A DNA stretch of 64,000 bases from an uncultured delta proteobacterium (GCA_963771465.1 CAVYTU010000015.1:384001-448000), one strand, 5' to 3'; numbered from the stretch's first letter, positions 39,886 to 50,363 are shown. The notes: generated from the sequence alone by a model not told the origin. Numbers and translations are program-made.

Positions 39886-41868
39886 ATGAGTCGACAATTT
39901 TCCCTGCCGTTCATTGGCAAAAACCGCTTCGGCAATTTTCTCTGTTTGCCGATACTTCTATTCGTCTTCATCGCCAGCCCGGCCTTCGGCCAAGAGCAAG
40001 CCAAGAAACTCATCGCCCTGCTCGATTATCTCGGCAGCGACTACAAGAACGCCGTCATGGACGGCAAGGTCCTAAGCCAAGACGAATACACCGAGATGCA
40101 GGAATTTTCCAAACGCATCTCAGAGCTATCCGCGCAGTTAAAAGAACTGGACAAGGGTGACAAGGCCGGTATCGACGCCGAGATAAAATCGCTGACGGCC
40201 CAGGTCGATCAGAAAGCCGATCCGAAGGTCATCGCCGACCTGGCCAAAAGCATCAAAGATAAACTGCTCGCGGCATACCAAATCGTACCCTATCCGCGCC
40301 GGCTGCCGACGCTGGCAGACGGCAAGAAACTGTACGATGACAATTGTGCCCAGTGTCACGGCGCCACGGGTAAAGGCGACGGTCCCGGGCGCCAATCGAT
40401 GAATCCGAAAACCCCACTGCCGGCAAACTTTACCGACCCAGAACGGATCGGAGGCCTGTCGCCGTTCAAGGCTTTCAATACCACCAGCTTCGGCATCGAA
40501 GGCACAGCGATGGCTTCCTTCGCGGCTCTTAGTGAAGAACAGCGCTGGCAGGTATCTTTTTATGTTCTTACTCTGCGGTTTTCGCCCGACGCCGCAAAAG
40601 ATGGAGCAGCGCTATTTCGATCGAAGAAGGTGGCCGGAGAATTCACCACGGTTGCGCTGTTAGCGACCCATTCCGACGAGCAGTTGCTCGAAAAACTCAA
40701 ACCCTACGCGAGCCAAGAAGCCGAGGCGTTAAAGCTTTTGGCCTATCTACGCCGCGGTGTTCTGGAAACGAAGACCCAAGACCCGCTCTTGATTGCGCGC
40801 GGGCTGATCCGCGAGGCGGTGGAACTCTACGGCAAAGGCGACAAAGAGAAAGCTTATCAGAAAGCGGTGGAAGCTTATCTCGATGGATTCGAGCTCGCCG
40901 AGCCGGCGCTGTTCGCCAAGGATGCGTCGTTCGGCCGTGCGCTGGAGGGGCAATTCACCCAACTGCGCAACGCCATCAAACAGGGCGAAGCTGCCGACGC
41001 GATCGGGAAACGCCAGCGCGAGATCGAAGCGAAGCTCGACGAGGCGACGCAAATGCTTGCCCGTGAGGACAACTTCTCCACCTATTATGCGTTTATCAAT
41101 TCAGCGCTGATTATTCTTCGAGAAGGCCTCGAGGCAACGCTCATCTTAGCGGCAATACTAGCGATGCTGAAAGTGATGGACGCCCGCGCCGCCATTCGCT
41201 ACATCCATTTGGGCTGGATTTTGGCCCTAGTGATGGGTGGGCTGACGTGGCTAGCAACCCAGACTATTTTGACGCTGAGCGGTCAGCACCGCGAGAGCAT
41301 GGAAGGATTCATTTCGATTTTCGCGGCGGTGGCGCTGTTCTACGTCGGCTATTGGCTACATACCCGCTCTGAGGCCAAAAGATGGCAGGCATTCATACAA
41401 GACAAGGTCAAGAACAGTCTTTCGAGCAAAAGCATTTTCGGTTTGATGGGGATTTCGTTTTTCGCCGTCTATCGTGAGGCTTTTGAAGTCGTGCTCTTTT
41501 ACCAAGCGCTCTGGCTCCAGAACGAGAACAGCCATCAGGCGGTTTTGTGGGGTTTCGTAGCCGGGCTCGCGACCCTAGTCGCCGCGACCTTCGGCATCTT
41601 GAAACTAGGGCTCAAGGTTCCGCTGAAATATTTCTTCGGCGCCACCGGGACGTTGCTCTACATCGTCGCGTTCGTTTTTGCCGGCAACGGCATCAAGGAA
41701 CTCCAAGCGGCGGGTTGGGTACCGACGACGCCGCTCAATTTTCCGCTGCAAGCGCCGCTGTTGGGTATCCATCCGACGGTAGAAAGCCTGGCCGCCCAAG
41801 GAATCATGCTCGGCGCATTCATTATTACGTCCATCTGGATGGTGCGTGAACGGAGGAAGGCGGGATAA
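39886..41868 (+). CDS. Cytochrome c / FTR1-family iron (lead) permease, PbrT-like
   Basis: LDY...DY..AV, CAQCH heme motif, AYLDGFE, REGLE and REAFE motifs. Confidence 0.9.
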   Translation: MSRQFSLPFIGKNRFGNFLCLPILLFVFIASPAFGQEQAKKLIALLDYLGSDYKNAVMDGKVLSQDEYTEMQEFSKRISELSAQLKELDKGDKAGIDAEIKSLTAQVDQKADPKVIADLAKSIKDKLLAAYQIVPYPRRLPTLADGKKLYDDNCAQCHGATGKGDGPGRQSMNPKTPLPANFTDPERIGGLSPFKAFNTTSFGIEGTAMASFAALSEEQRWQVSFYVLTLRFSPDAAKDGAALFRSKKVAGEFTTVALLATHSDEQLLEKLKPYASQEAEALKLLAYLRRGVLETKTQDPLLIARGLIREAVELYGKGDKEKAYQKAVEAYLDGFELAEPALFAKDASFGRALEGQFTQLRNAIKQGEAADAIGKRQREIEAKLDEATQMLAREDNFSTYYAFINSALIILREGLEATLILAAILAMLKVMDARAAIRYIHLGWILALVMGGLTWLATQTILTLSGQHRESMEGFISIFAAVALFYVGYWLHTRSEAKRWQAFIQDKVKNSLSSKSIFGLMGISFFAVYREAFEVVLFYQALWLQNENSHQAVLWGFVAGLATLVAATFGILKLGLKVPLKYFFGATGTLLYIVAFVFAGNGIKELQAAGWVPTTPLNFPLQAPLLGIHPTVESLAAQGIMLGAFIITSIWMVRERRKAG

Positions 41869-42096
41869 ATGCCAAAGCGCGAGCAACGGACGGAAGGCGA
41901 GCCCGTTACAACGGTGATTCGCGACAAGAATTCGCTTCGCTGCGACTGCGGTAATCTTTTAGCCCGTCTCGTTCCTGGCGGTGTGGAGCTTAAATGTCGC
42001 CGCTGTAAACGCCAGGTCGTGATTCCGCTATCGGGCGGCAGCAACTTCGCAGAAAACCATCTCAACCGTTGGGAAAGGGCGACTGATAAATCTTAA
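41869..42096 (+). CDS. Small Cys4 zinc-ribbon protein, Mu Com-like
   Basis: LRCDCGNLLARL...GVELKCRRCKR matches the Com-family pattern RC..C.KLLA.....EIKC.RC; ATG directly abuts the FTR1 stop. Confidence 0.7.
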   Translation: MPKREQRTEGEPVTTVIRDKNSLRCDCGNLLARLVPGGVELKCRRCKRQVVIPLSGGSNFAENHLNRWERATDKS

Positions 42097-42158
42097 TTGG
42101 TCATCATTCTAGCATCTTAGACTCTTAAATTCGTATGTGATAATTTATTTTGTTAGTG

Positions 42159-42190
42159 TTGACAAATATTCAATATTTAAATATACGAAC
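42159..42190 (+). promoter_or_regulatory. sigma70-type promoter of the TonB operon with an operator-like palindrome
   Basis: TTGACA-17 nt-TATACG(AAC); perfect dyad AAATATT-C-AATATTT at 42164-42178. Confidence 0.65.
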
Positions 42191-42218
42191 TTAGTCAGCG
42201 GCCAGCGGTCTTGAATCC

Positions 42219-42268
42219 AGAGCCCGGCGCACCGTCCATAGTGGGCGGCGCTCAGGGCTCTTTATTTT
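42219..42268 (+). terminator. Leader terminator/attenuator upstream of exbB
   Basis: AGAGCCC-GGCG-CA-CCGTCCA-TAG-TGGGCGG-CGCT-CA-GGGCTCT followed by TTATTTT, located downstream of the promoter. Confidence 0.7.
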
Positions 42269-42319
42269 ATGGAGGTTCAGAATGTCCGCAGAGTTCAAGA
42301 AAGGTTTGGTTCTATAGTC

Positions 42320-42928
42320 ATGACCCAGGTTGTTTCCATCATTATCAAAGGCGGGATCGTCATGATCCCGCTGCTCGCTTGCTCCTTGATCTCCCTGGCG
42401 CTCACCATCGAGCGCATCATGTTTTGGACCAAACTGAAGTCCAAAGAGGTGCTCAGTCAAATTCTAACACTAGTAGAAAACGGTGAATTCGAGCAGGCGC
42501 TAAAGTTAGGAAAATCATCCGGACAGCCCATCGCGCGAGTTTTGTCTGCCGGCATCGCCCACCGCAATCCCGCGCCGGCCAAGGCGATGGAAGCCGCCGC
42601 CCAGGCAGAGATCCCCGTGCTCAAAAGCCGCCTCGGCATTCTCGATACCATCGTTACGCTTGCCCCTCTGCTCGGATTGCTCGGCACGGTAGTAGGCATG
42701 ATCGGTTCCTTCGACGTGATGTCCGAAGCGGGCCTGGGGCAACCGCATGCCGTTACCGGCGGTGTTGCCGAAGCGCTCATCGCAACCGCCACCGGATTGC
42801 TGATCGCGATTCTGACCTTAATCGCCTACAACTTTTTCACGGCTCGGGCCGAACGGGAGATGGATCAAATGGAACACTTCAGCTCATCGCTGGAGCTGCT
42901 GCTGCAGGAACATGTGGGGAAACATTGA
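42320..42928 (+). CDS. exbB: MotA/TolQ/ExbB proton channel
   Basis: GGIVMIPL, APLLGLLGTV.GMI and GVAEALIATA.GL motifs; start uncertain (42269, 42282 or 42320). Confidence 0.9.
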   Translation: MTQVVSIIIKGGIVMIPLLACSLISLALTIERIMFWTKLKSKEVLSQILTLVENGEFEQALKLGKSSGQPIARVLSAGIAHRNPAPAKAMEAAAQAEIPVLKSRLGILDTIVTLAPLLGLLGTVVGMIGSFDVMSEAGLGQPHAVTGGVAEALIATATGLLIAILTLIAYNFFTARAEREMDQMEHFSSSLELLLQEHVGKH

Positions 42929-43340
42929 TGCGCATCCAACGCCGCAGCTCGAAGAAGGCGCGCATCGAGATCATCCCGATGATCGACACGATTTTTTTCT
43001 TTGGTCTTTTTTATGATTTCGACTTTATCGATGTCTCAATTCAAAGGCGTGCCGGTTAATCTGCCCAAAGCGGCATCCGGCCAACAAGCCCCAGCCGAAA
43101 GCGCCGCGGTATCGATCACCAGAGAAGCGCAGATTTTTCTCGACAAACAGGCGGTCGATAAATCGGCATTGAACGATTTGCTGCGCCAAAAAATTGCCAA
43201 GAACCCCGATCTCCTAGTGGTCATCAACGCCGACGACGGCGTCGAGCACGGGCGCGTTGTTGAAATCATGGATGTCGCCCGCAGACGCCAACGTGGCCAA
43301 ACTTGCGATTGCCGTAAAGCCAAGGGAGCCAAAGCGATGA
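42928..43340 (+). CDS. exbD: ExbD/TolR, two frameshifts
   Basis: MRIQRR..KARIEIIPMIDTIFF, then LVFFMI...VNLPKA...VVINAD..V.HG.VV..MD, ending LAIAVKPREPKR* overlapping the tonB ATG. Confidence 0.85.
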
Positions 43341-44170
43341 ACCATCAGTGGCTCGTGTCGTCATTTACCGTCTCATCGTTGATTCACTTGAGCCTGATTC
43401 CACTGGCAGCGCTGATCATGCACACAAAGCCGCTCAAGCCGATCACAGTTCCCATCGAACTGGTTGACGTTCCTAACATCGAGCAACCCGAGAAAGTCGT
43501 GGTCGCGCCGCTGCCTTCGGCGCCAAATCCCCAGCGGAAAAATATTTCCGCGCCCAAATTACTATCCAAGCCGGTATTGGAAAAAAGTTTCGTAGCGCCG
43601 ACGGGCAACACTAAGGACGAAGTTAAACCAGAGAAACCGCGCGAAGAAACCCCGCAGCTTGCATCATTGCCGGACAAGGCCGGCGACAGCAACGCCGGCT
43701 GGAATGCCGGCAGTCGTGTCGCAGAGGCTGAAGGCAGCGCCGCCGGCGCAGGCAGTCTCTTCGGTAACGGCGATGTCGGGGTCGTTGGCGGCAGCGGCGT
43801 CGAAGGCGGTGGCGGCGGAAAAGGGTCAGCTGGATTGGGTAGAGGTATTAAAGGTGACGGCACCGGCGGAGGCGTTGGCGGCGGAGAAGCACTCTCGGGC
43901 ATGGCTCGGCCACTCGGTGGCTATCAAGTCAAGCCGCGCTATCCGGAGTCGGCCAAGCGAGCTGGTGCTCAAGGCGTAACAACGCTACGCGTGCGCGTGC
44001 TTGAGAACGGTCGGGTTGGCGATGTGCTTGTCGAACAGTCCGCCGGTTTTCGCGATCTTGATTTCGCCGCAGTGGATGCGGTCAAGAAGTGGCTCTTCGA
44101 ACCGGCGCGGCGCGGTAAGGACGCAGTGTCGGTCTGGGTGATGCTGCCGGTGAAGTTCGAGCTACACTAG
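43337..44170 (+). CDS. tonB: Energy transducer TonB
   Basis: S.LIH anchor helix, Pro/Gly-rich linker, and P.YPE.A...G.QG and SAG...LD.AA.DAV..W.FEPA motifs. Confidence 0.9.
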   Translation: MNHQWLVSSFTVSSLIHLSLIPLAALIMHTKPLKPITVPIELVDVPNIEQPEKVVVAPLPSAPNPQRKNISAPKLLSKPVLEKSFVAPTGNTKDEVKPEKPREETPQLASLPDKAGDSNAGWNAGSRVAEAEGSAAGAGSLFGNGDVGVVGGSGVEGGGGGKGSAGLGRGIKGDGTGGGVGGGEALSGMARPLGGYQVKPRYPESAKRAGAQGVTTLRVRVLENGRVGDVLVEQSAGFRDLDFAAVDAVKKWLFEPARRGKDAVSVWVMLPVKFELH

Positions 44171-44178
44171 GAAATCCA

Positions 44179-44370
44179 ATGGGACAAACGCTTGTGAATC
44201 ACACGGCTAAACGATCGACCACTGCGGCTGTAGCCGCATCCAACGGAAAAAAGCCGCGCATCGAAAGCAATCATCTTTTTCAAGGCGGTAGCGAGATCGT
44301 CATCGTGCACCAAAACGAGGAGTACAACTTGCGCATCACCAGAAACGGCAAACTAATCTTGACGAAATAA
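44179..44370 (+). CDS. hemP: Hemin uptake protein HemP/HmuP
   Basis: I.S..LF.G..EI.I.H....Y.LRITRNGKLILTK signature. Confidence 0.9.
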   Translation: MGQTLVNHTAKRSTTAAVAASNGKKPRIESNHLFQGGSEIVIVHQNEEYNLRITRNGKLILTK

Positions 44371-44381
44371 TTTTAATCAAA

Positions 44382-44420
44382 CCAGCCAGCCAGCATATGA
44401 GCCGACTCATGCCAGCCAGC
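44382..44420 (+). repeat. CCAG direct repeats flanking a short hairpin in the receptor leader
   Basis: CCAGCCAGCCAGC-AT-ATGAG-CCGA-CTCAT-GCCAGCCAGC. Confidence 0.6.
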
Positions 44421-44448
44421 GAAAACATTAGCTCCCTTGGAGGAACGC

Positions 44449-46596
44449 ATGAGTCGACAACAGAAACGCGCGGATGAAAGAAAACGGCACAAGACAGCTT
44501 TGCAAAAAATCTGTCTTGCGGCGGGCGAAGGCGTCGGCCGGGCGGTAGCTTTTTCTTTCGCACTAGCCAGCAACGCTTTCGCCGCGGAGCCGAAGAAAGA
44601 AGAGACGTTCGACCTGCCGCCGGTGGTGGTGGAAGACCAGGGCAACTCCTACGTTGTGCCCGAATCCTCTCTATCCAAGTTCCCGGTACCGCTGAAAGAC
44701 ACCCCGCAATCGATCACTATCGTGCCGGAGAAACTCATCCAAGAACAAGCCGGCACAACATTACGCGATGCGCTGCGCAACGTGCCTGGAATTACCGCCA
44801 CAGCCGGCGAAGGCGGCGGTGCTCAAGGTGATGTTTTCATCCTGCGCGGGTTCAACGCACGCAACGATATGTTCATCGATGGCGTGCGTGATTCCGGCTC
44901 CTATTTTCGTGATTCTTTTAACTTCGATGCAGTCGAAGTATTAAAGGGACCTTCGTCGACTTTCTTTGGCCGCGGCTCTACCGGCGGCATTATCAACCAG
45001 GTCAGCAAAGGTCTCCGCCTCGACCCCAGTTACAACGGTATTTTCAGCGGCGGAGCCGGCCCGCTCTTCCGCGGCACTGTCGATGTCAACCAACCGCTCT
45101 CGCAAGTGCTGCCCAACGCCGCCCTCCGTATCAATCTCATGGCGCACGGTGATGATGTCGTGGGACGTGACAAGATCGAACTCAGAAGGCAGGGTTTTGC
45201 GCCGTCGATCGCCTTCGGTCTCGGAACGCCGACACAGATTACTTTGAGCTACCTGCTCCAACACGAAGACAATATTCCGGATTACGGTTTTCCTTACATA
45301 AATGGCGCGCCACTGCGCACCGATCGCGACACCTTTTATGGGTTGACCAAAGAGGATCATGAAAAGACGTTGGTAAACGTCGGTACGCTCCGGTTGGATC
45401 ACCGCTTCAATGACATATTCAACCTGCGGAACACGCTGCGGTACAGCCACGTTGACCGGGATTCGGCGGTAACTAACGCTACCGTCGTTCTTCCCAACAC
45501 GATTACCCGAAGCCGGCCTCAACGCGACACTCAGGAAAGCATTCTCAGCAACCAAACGGATCTAACCGCCAAGTTTGACACGTTTGGCTTCAAACATACT
45601 GCTACCACGGGCCTCGAAGTATCTCGCGAAACTTTCGATCTCGTACGCTGGGCGAGTACCGGACCTAATACAACCATAAACCATCCCAACAACAACGCAT
45701 TACCGAACCCGAAGGTGCTAGCTGCAGATTCCGACACGCGCGCTATCGGCTTTGGCTACTTTGCCGCGGATCAGATCAAGTTGAATCAATATTTTGACAT
45801 CGTCGGCGGCGTCCGCTGGGACTACTTCGATACCGACGTCAAGGATGACTTCCTTGATGACAGGCGAAAACAGGTCGACAAGGCGTGGAGTTATCGAGGC
45901 GGATTGGTTTTCCATCCTACGCCATCCCAAAGTTATTATTTCTCCTACGGCACTTCGTTCAACCCTTCCGCCGAAGGCATTGCGCTGAGCCCCGCCACCA
46001 ACGGCACGCCCCCGGAAAAGAATCGGATTTTTGAAGTCGGCGCAAAGATCGAATTCTTCGAAGGCGCGCTCAATCTTCAGAGTGCGGTATTCCGAATCGA
46101 TAAGACCAACGCACGCACGCCAAACCCGCTTGACGATACCTTGCCGAACGTAGTGACGGGTAAACAGCGTTCGCAGGGCTTCGAAATTGGCGCAACGGGC
46201 CGTGTGCTTCCCGGATTGAATGTATTCGGCGGATATACGTTCCTCGATACAGAAATTCTCAAAGATACCGTCACCGCTAATATTGGAAACGAAATCCAAA
46301 ACGTTCCCAAACACAGCGCGACCCTTTGGACCACCTACGACTTCCTCGAGAAATGGCAGGTCGGCGGTGGCCCGACATACGTCGGCAGTCGCTACTCGAA
46401 CAATGCCAACGCCAACCGAGTGCCTGGTTTCGTCCGTTGGGATTCGACGGTCGCCTATCAGATCACAAAAAATATTCAGCTGCGGGTCAACGCGATCAAT
46501 CTCACGAACCAGCTCTATTTCGATAGCATCTCTGGATCGAAAGCCGTGCCGGCTGCCGGGCGCACGATTCTCGGCAGCGCGAGTTTCAACTTCTAG
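44449..46596 (+). CDS. TonB-dependent siderophore receptor (Fiu/PiuA-like)
   Basis: [43 protein letters not shown] and YGTSFNPS motifs; C-terminal Phe. Confidence 0.92.
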   Translation: MSRQQKRADERKRHKTALQKICLAAGEGVGRAVAFSFALASNAFAAEPKKEETFDLPPVVVEDQGNSYVVPESSLSKFPVPLKDTPQSITIVPEKLIQEQAGTTLRDALRNVPGITATAGEGGGAQGDVFILRGFNARNDMFIDGVRDSGSYFRDSFNFDAVEVLKGPSSTFFGRGSTGGIINQVSKGLRLDPSYNGIFSGGAGPLFRGTVDVNQPLSQVLPNAALRINLMAHGDDVVGRDKIELRRQGFAPSIAFGLGTPTQITLSYLLQHEDNIPDYGFPYINGAPLRTDRDTFYGLTKEDHEKTLVNVGTLRLDHRFNDIFNLRNTLRYSHVDRDSAVTNATVVLPNTITRSRPQRDTQESILSNQTDLTAKFDTFGFKHTATTGLEVSRETFDLVRWASTGPNTTINHPNNNALPNPKVLAADSDTRAIGFGYFAADQIKLNQYFDIVGGVRWDYFDTDVKDDFLDDRRKQVDKAWSYRGGLVFHPTPSQSYYFSYGTSFNPSAEGIALSPATNGTPPEKNRIFEVGAKIEFFEGALNLQSAVFRIDKTNARTPNPLDDTLPNVVTGKQRSQGFEIGATGRVLPGLNVFGGYTFLDTEILKDTVTANIGNEIQNVPKHSATLWTTYDFLEKWQVGGGPTYVGSRYSNNANANRVPGFVRWDSTVAYQITKNIQLRVNAINLTNQLYFDSISGSKAVPAAGRTILGSASFNF

Positions 46597-46610
46597 GGAT
46601 TTTTACAAGA

Positions 46611-47291
46611 ATGATCGTCCAGGTTCCCAATGTGCTTAACTCTGACCAGATCGCGCGCTGCCGCGAAGTGATGAATCGCGCGAGCTGGGTCGACGGCCGG
46701 GTCACCGCTGGGTATCAGTCGGCCGTGGTAAAGGACAATCGCCAGTTGTCGGAGAATAGTCCGGAGGCGCGGGAGCTCGGCGACATCGTTGTGGCGGCCC
46801 TCGAGCGCAGCCCACTGTTTATTACAGCGGCCTTGCCGCTGCGGGTCTTTCCGCCGCTGTTCAATCGCTATGAAGGCGGCGAAAAGTTCGGCGCGCATCT
46901 GGATAATTCGATTCGGCAGATCCCCGGCACGTCCTATCGCATTCGTACCGACATCTCGGCGACGCTGTTTCTCAGCGCGCCGGAAGACTACGACGGTGGC
47001 GAGTTGGTGATCGACGACGTTTACGGCGCCCACGCCGCAAAGCTTCCCGCCGGCGACATGGTCGTCTACCCGGCGAGCAGCCTGCACCATGTGAACCCGG
47101 TGACCCGCGGCGTACGCCTCGCATCGTTTTTCTGGGCACAGAGCATGGTGCGCGACGACGGTCAAAGAACATTGCTCTTCGATCTCGATATGGCGATCAA
47201 TAAGGTCAATCAGACGATACCTCATCACGGCGCCGTCGTGGAGCTGACGAACTGTTATCACAATTTGCTGCGGCGTTTTGCCGAGGTGTGA
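46611..47291 (+). CDS. piuC: PKHD-type Fe(II)/2-oxoglutarate hydroxylase (PiuC/YbiX)
   Basis: [33 protein letters not shown] and YHNLLRR motifs. Confidence 0.93.
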   Translation: MIVQVPNVLNSDQIARCREVMNRASWVDGRVTAGYQSAVVKDNRQLSENSPEARELGDIVVAALERSPLFITAALPLRVFPPLFNRYEGGEKFGAHLDNSIRQIPGTSYRIRTDISATLFLSAPEDYDGGELVIDDVYGAHAAKLPAGDMVVYPASSLHHVNPVTRGVRLASFFWAQSMVRDDGQRTLLFDLDMAINKVNQTIPHHGAVVELTNCYHNLLRRFAEV

Positions 47292-47823
47292 CCTGAATCT
47301 GCGATTGAAAATAATCTCGGTAGTTGGCCCCTTGCTGGTTGCCGGCTGCACCACCACCGCGCCGTTGGATCAATCGCCTTCGCGCGTTTCCGTCGCCTTC
47401 ATCGAACCGGAGAAGTTCACCGACGCGCGCCGCGCTGAATTGGAGCCGACTTCTTCGGGAGTTCTGCGCGAGCTGGAAAAATTTCTGATCGAGGCCGGCG
47501 CGCGCTACGTGCCCGAAAACATGCAACTGAACATCCGGATTACCAACGTCGATCTGGCCGGCGACTTCGAATTGTTTCGCGGTCCACAAGCGGAACAAGT
47601 GCGCATAAACAAAGGTCTCTACCCGCCACGCATCGCGCTTGAGTTCGAGGTCGTCGATAGCGCGATGAAGGTGATTAAAACCGGCAAACGCGACATCACC
47701 GACATCAATTACCAATTACGCAGCGTTTACCCGAGAGAAGACTACGTGAGATACGAAAAAGACATCTTGCGCGACTGGCTGCGCGCGGAATTTGGCGAGC
47801 TTAAGAGCCGCATCGCAGGTTAA
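47278..47823 (+). CDS. DUF3016-like lipoprotein
   Basis: LVAGC lipobox; V.F.EPEKFTD, IT.VDLAG, YPPRI and YEK..L.DW motifs; start uncertain. Confidence 0.75.
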   Translation: MPRCDLNLRLKIISVVGPLLVAGCTTTAPLDQSPSRVSVAFIEPEKFTDARRAELEPTSSGVLRELEKFLIEAGARYVPENMQLNIRITNVDLAGDFELFRGPQAEQVRINKGLYPPRIALEFEVVDSAMKVIKTGKRDITDINYQLRSVYPREDYVRYEKDILRDWLRAEFGELKSRIAG

Positions 47824-47836
47824 ACCGAGACGGAGA

Positions 47837-49674
47837 ATGCCGACCATGAAACTGCTGCACAAAATAATCTTCTGGAGCCACCTGCTCGCCGGCGTGGTCG
47901 GCGGTTTGGTGATTTTCATCATGTCGTTCACCGGCGTAATCCTGATGTACGAAGCGCAGATCACGGAATTTATCGAGCGCGACACGCGGCGAGTGATTCC
48001 GTCCACCGACGGCAAGCGTTTGGGTTACGACGAGTTGATCGCTAAAGTGCGCGCCGCGAATCCTAAGGCGCGCCCGGCAATGATCATGGTGAAGGCCGAT
48101 CCAGCTGCCTCGGTGGCGGTCAATCTGGGCCGCGAGAATACTGTTTTCGTAAATCCCTACAACGGCGAGTTTTTGGGAGGTCAGTCAGCCACTTACAATT
48201 TCATGCGCGGCGTCGTCGATTGGCACCGCTGGCTTGGCACCGAAGGAGAAGGCCGCGCCACCGCTCGTGCGATTACCGGCGCATGCAATTTGGCGTTTTT
48301 CTGGCTCGCCGTTACCGGAGTCTACCTTTGGTGGCCGCGCAGCTGGCAATGGCGCGGATTGAAAATGAGCCTGCTGTTCAGCCCTCGCTTGCGCGGCAAA
48401 GCGCGCGACTGGAACTGGCACAACGTCATCGGATTTTGGTCTTCATCGGTGCTGGTCGTGCTCACGCTGACGGCCGCAGTCATGTCTTATCCGTGGGCAA
48501 ATGATTTGTTGTATACGCTTACGGGCAGCGAACCGCCGCGCCGGTCCGAAGGGCCCGGCGGGCTCTCGTTGCTCAGGAAGCGCGGGCACGCGATCAACGC
48601 GGCGAAGCGCGCGCGGCCGCCTCAGCCGCGAGCTTCGATGTTTTATTGACGCGCGCACAAGAGCAGGTCCCCGGTTGGGAGATGATCATGTTGCGCTTAC
48701 CACCGCGCGGCGATGGACCGGTCACCGTTTCGATCCAGGGGCCCGATGCCTTTCATCGTTTCGAGCGCTCACAACTCACGCTCAATCGCACCACCGGAGA
48801 CGTGGTGAAATGGGAACCCTATGCCAACAACAGCACAGGGCGAAAATTGCGCACTTGGGTGCGCGCGCTTCATACCGGCGAAGCGTTTGGATTTATCGGC
48901 CAGACCGTCGCCGGACTCGCTTCTCTCGGCGGTTGTTTTCTCGTCTGGACCGGGTTGGCCATGGCCTGGCGCCGCTTTCGTTCTTGGCGCCGCACACCGA
49001 AAGAATTTACTGTTGAGGAGTCAGTGATGAATGCAAATACCGATCAAATCAATTTTCCCAATCCACATCAGCCCGAGACCGAAAGCGTTGATGGCGGACT
49101 CGCATACTCATTGAGCGAAGCCCAAACCGTCGCGCCCAACGGTGCCAACGGTCACGCCCGCGCGGTGCAGGATCTCGCGCGCGAGCGAGCGACGGCGCCG
49201 TTCAACGGCGAGTCGGTGTTGATTCTTTACGGCACCGTCACCGGCAACTCCGAGGCGCTCGCCAAGAAATTGGCCAACGCACTGCGCCCGACCGGACTCA
49301 CTGCACGTGTTAGCGATATGGCTCACTGTCAACCGGACGTACTCAAGCAAGCGAACTGCGTCCTGGTCGTGGCGAGCACCTACGGCGACGGCGAACCGCC
49401 CGACGACGCAGCGCCGTTTTGGCAAGCCATCGTGCAAGGCAACGGCCTAGATTTGACCGGCGTAAAATATTCCGTACTGGCACTCGGCAACACCACCTAT
49501 GATCACTTCTGCAAGTGCGGCCGTGACTTCGATGCCGCCCTTGAGCGCCACGGCGCCATCCGAATCTATCCGCGCGTCGATTGCGACGTGGATTACGATG
49601 ACCAAGCCGGACGCTGGATCGAGGGCGTGCTCGCCACGTTGCGGCAGGAGCAGAACCATTCCGCATCGGCGTAA
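47837..49674 (+). CDS. PepSY-associated TM-helix protein (PiuB-like) fused to a flavodoxin domain; frameshift(s) near 48560-48650
   Basis: FWSHL..G, VNPY.GE, WHRWL, WH.VIG.W and LHTGE motifs; then YGTVTGNSE, STYGDGEPP and LGNTTY.HFC. Confidence 0.8.
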
Positions 49675-49687
49675 AAGGAGAACTACA

Positions 49688-50363
49688 ATGGTGCAATTGA
49701 TTGTCATCGCGGTTTTACTCATGGCGTTGAGCGAAACCGCTCACGCGCATTTTCTCTGGCTCGAACGCGACGGCAACGGCCCGGCGCGCGCCTATTTCGG
49801 CGAATGGATCGACGACATCCGCGAAAAAACCGGCGGCCTGCTCGACCGCTTCAAAGCGCCGCGCGTGTTTCTCGGCACAAGCAACGAACCGCTGCAGGTA
49901 AAGCGAAACGAAAATAATCTCGAAGATCAACAGCAAAAGGCCGCGGCGACGTGCGCTTCGTGGAAAGTGGCATTCCGCCGCGCGAAGACAAAGAAAAAGG
50001 CGGCGCAACGAAAACGATTATTATGCCAAAGCCGGGCGATCGGAAACCGCCGCGAGGCTCGATTTAGAGCTGGTGCCGACGGCAGCGAACAGCAATACTA
50101 TTGTTCTAGTTTTTCTCGGCGCGCCTCTGCCAAAGGCCGAGATCACGATCATCGGCCCTTCCAAATGGGAAAAACCTTTAGTCACCGACGAGCAAGGGCG
50201 GGTGACTATGCCGACGCCCTGGGCCGGACGGTATGTATTGGAAGTCACTCACTTCCACGAGAAGCCCGGCGGCAGCGGCGAGGAAAAGTTCAATCGCACG
50301 CGTCACATCTCGTCGCTGTCGTTCGTGCAACAAAGCGGCATTCGTTGGACCGACAAACGCTGA
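49688..50363 (+). CDS. DUF4198-like secreted protein, frameshifted
   Basis: AGGAG RBS; signal peptide ending AHA-HFLWLE, YFGE, then F.G.PL.KAEI...TDEQGRV...PW.GRYVL. Confidence 0.65.

Noticed and set aside
41869-42096. Com-like gene as evidence of a prophage
   Set aside because: No mom/methylase, structural, integrase or transposase genes nearby; it is coupled to the FTR1 operon.
43740-43890. GGC-rich repeats in tonB
   Set aside because: They encode the ordinary Gly-rich linker; not an array or element.
43001-44170. Apparent ExbD-TonB fusion (389 aa)
   Set aside because: The true exbD end (AVKPREPKR*) is in another frame and overlaps the tonB ATG; the fusion comes from an indel.
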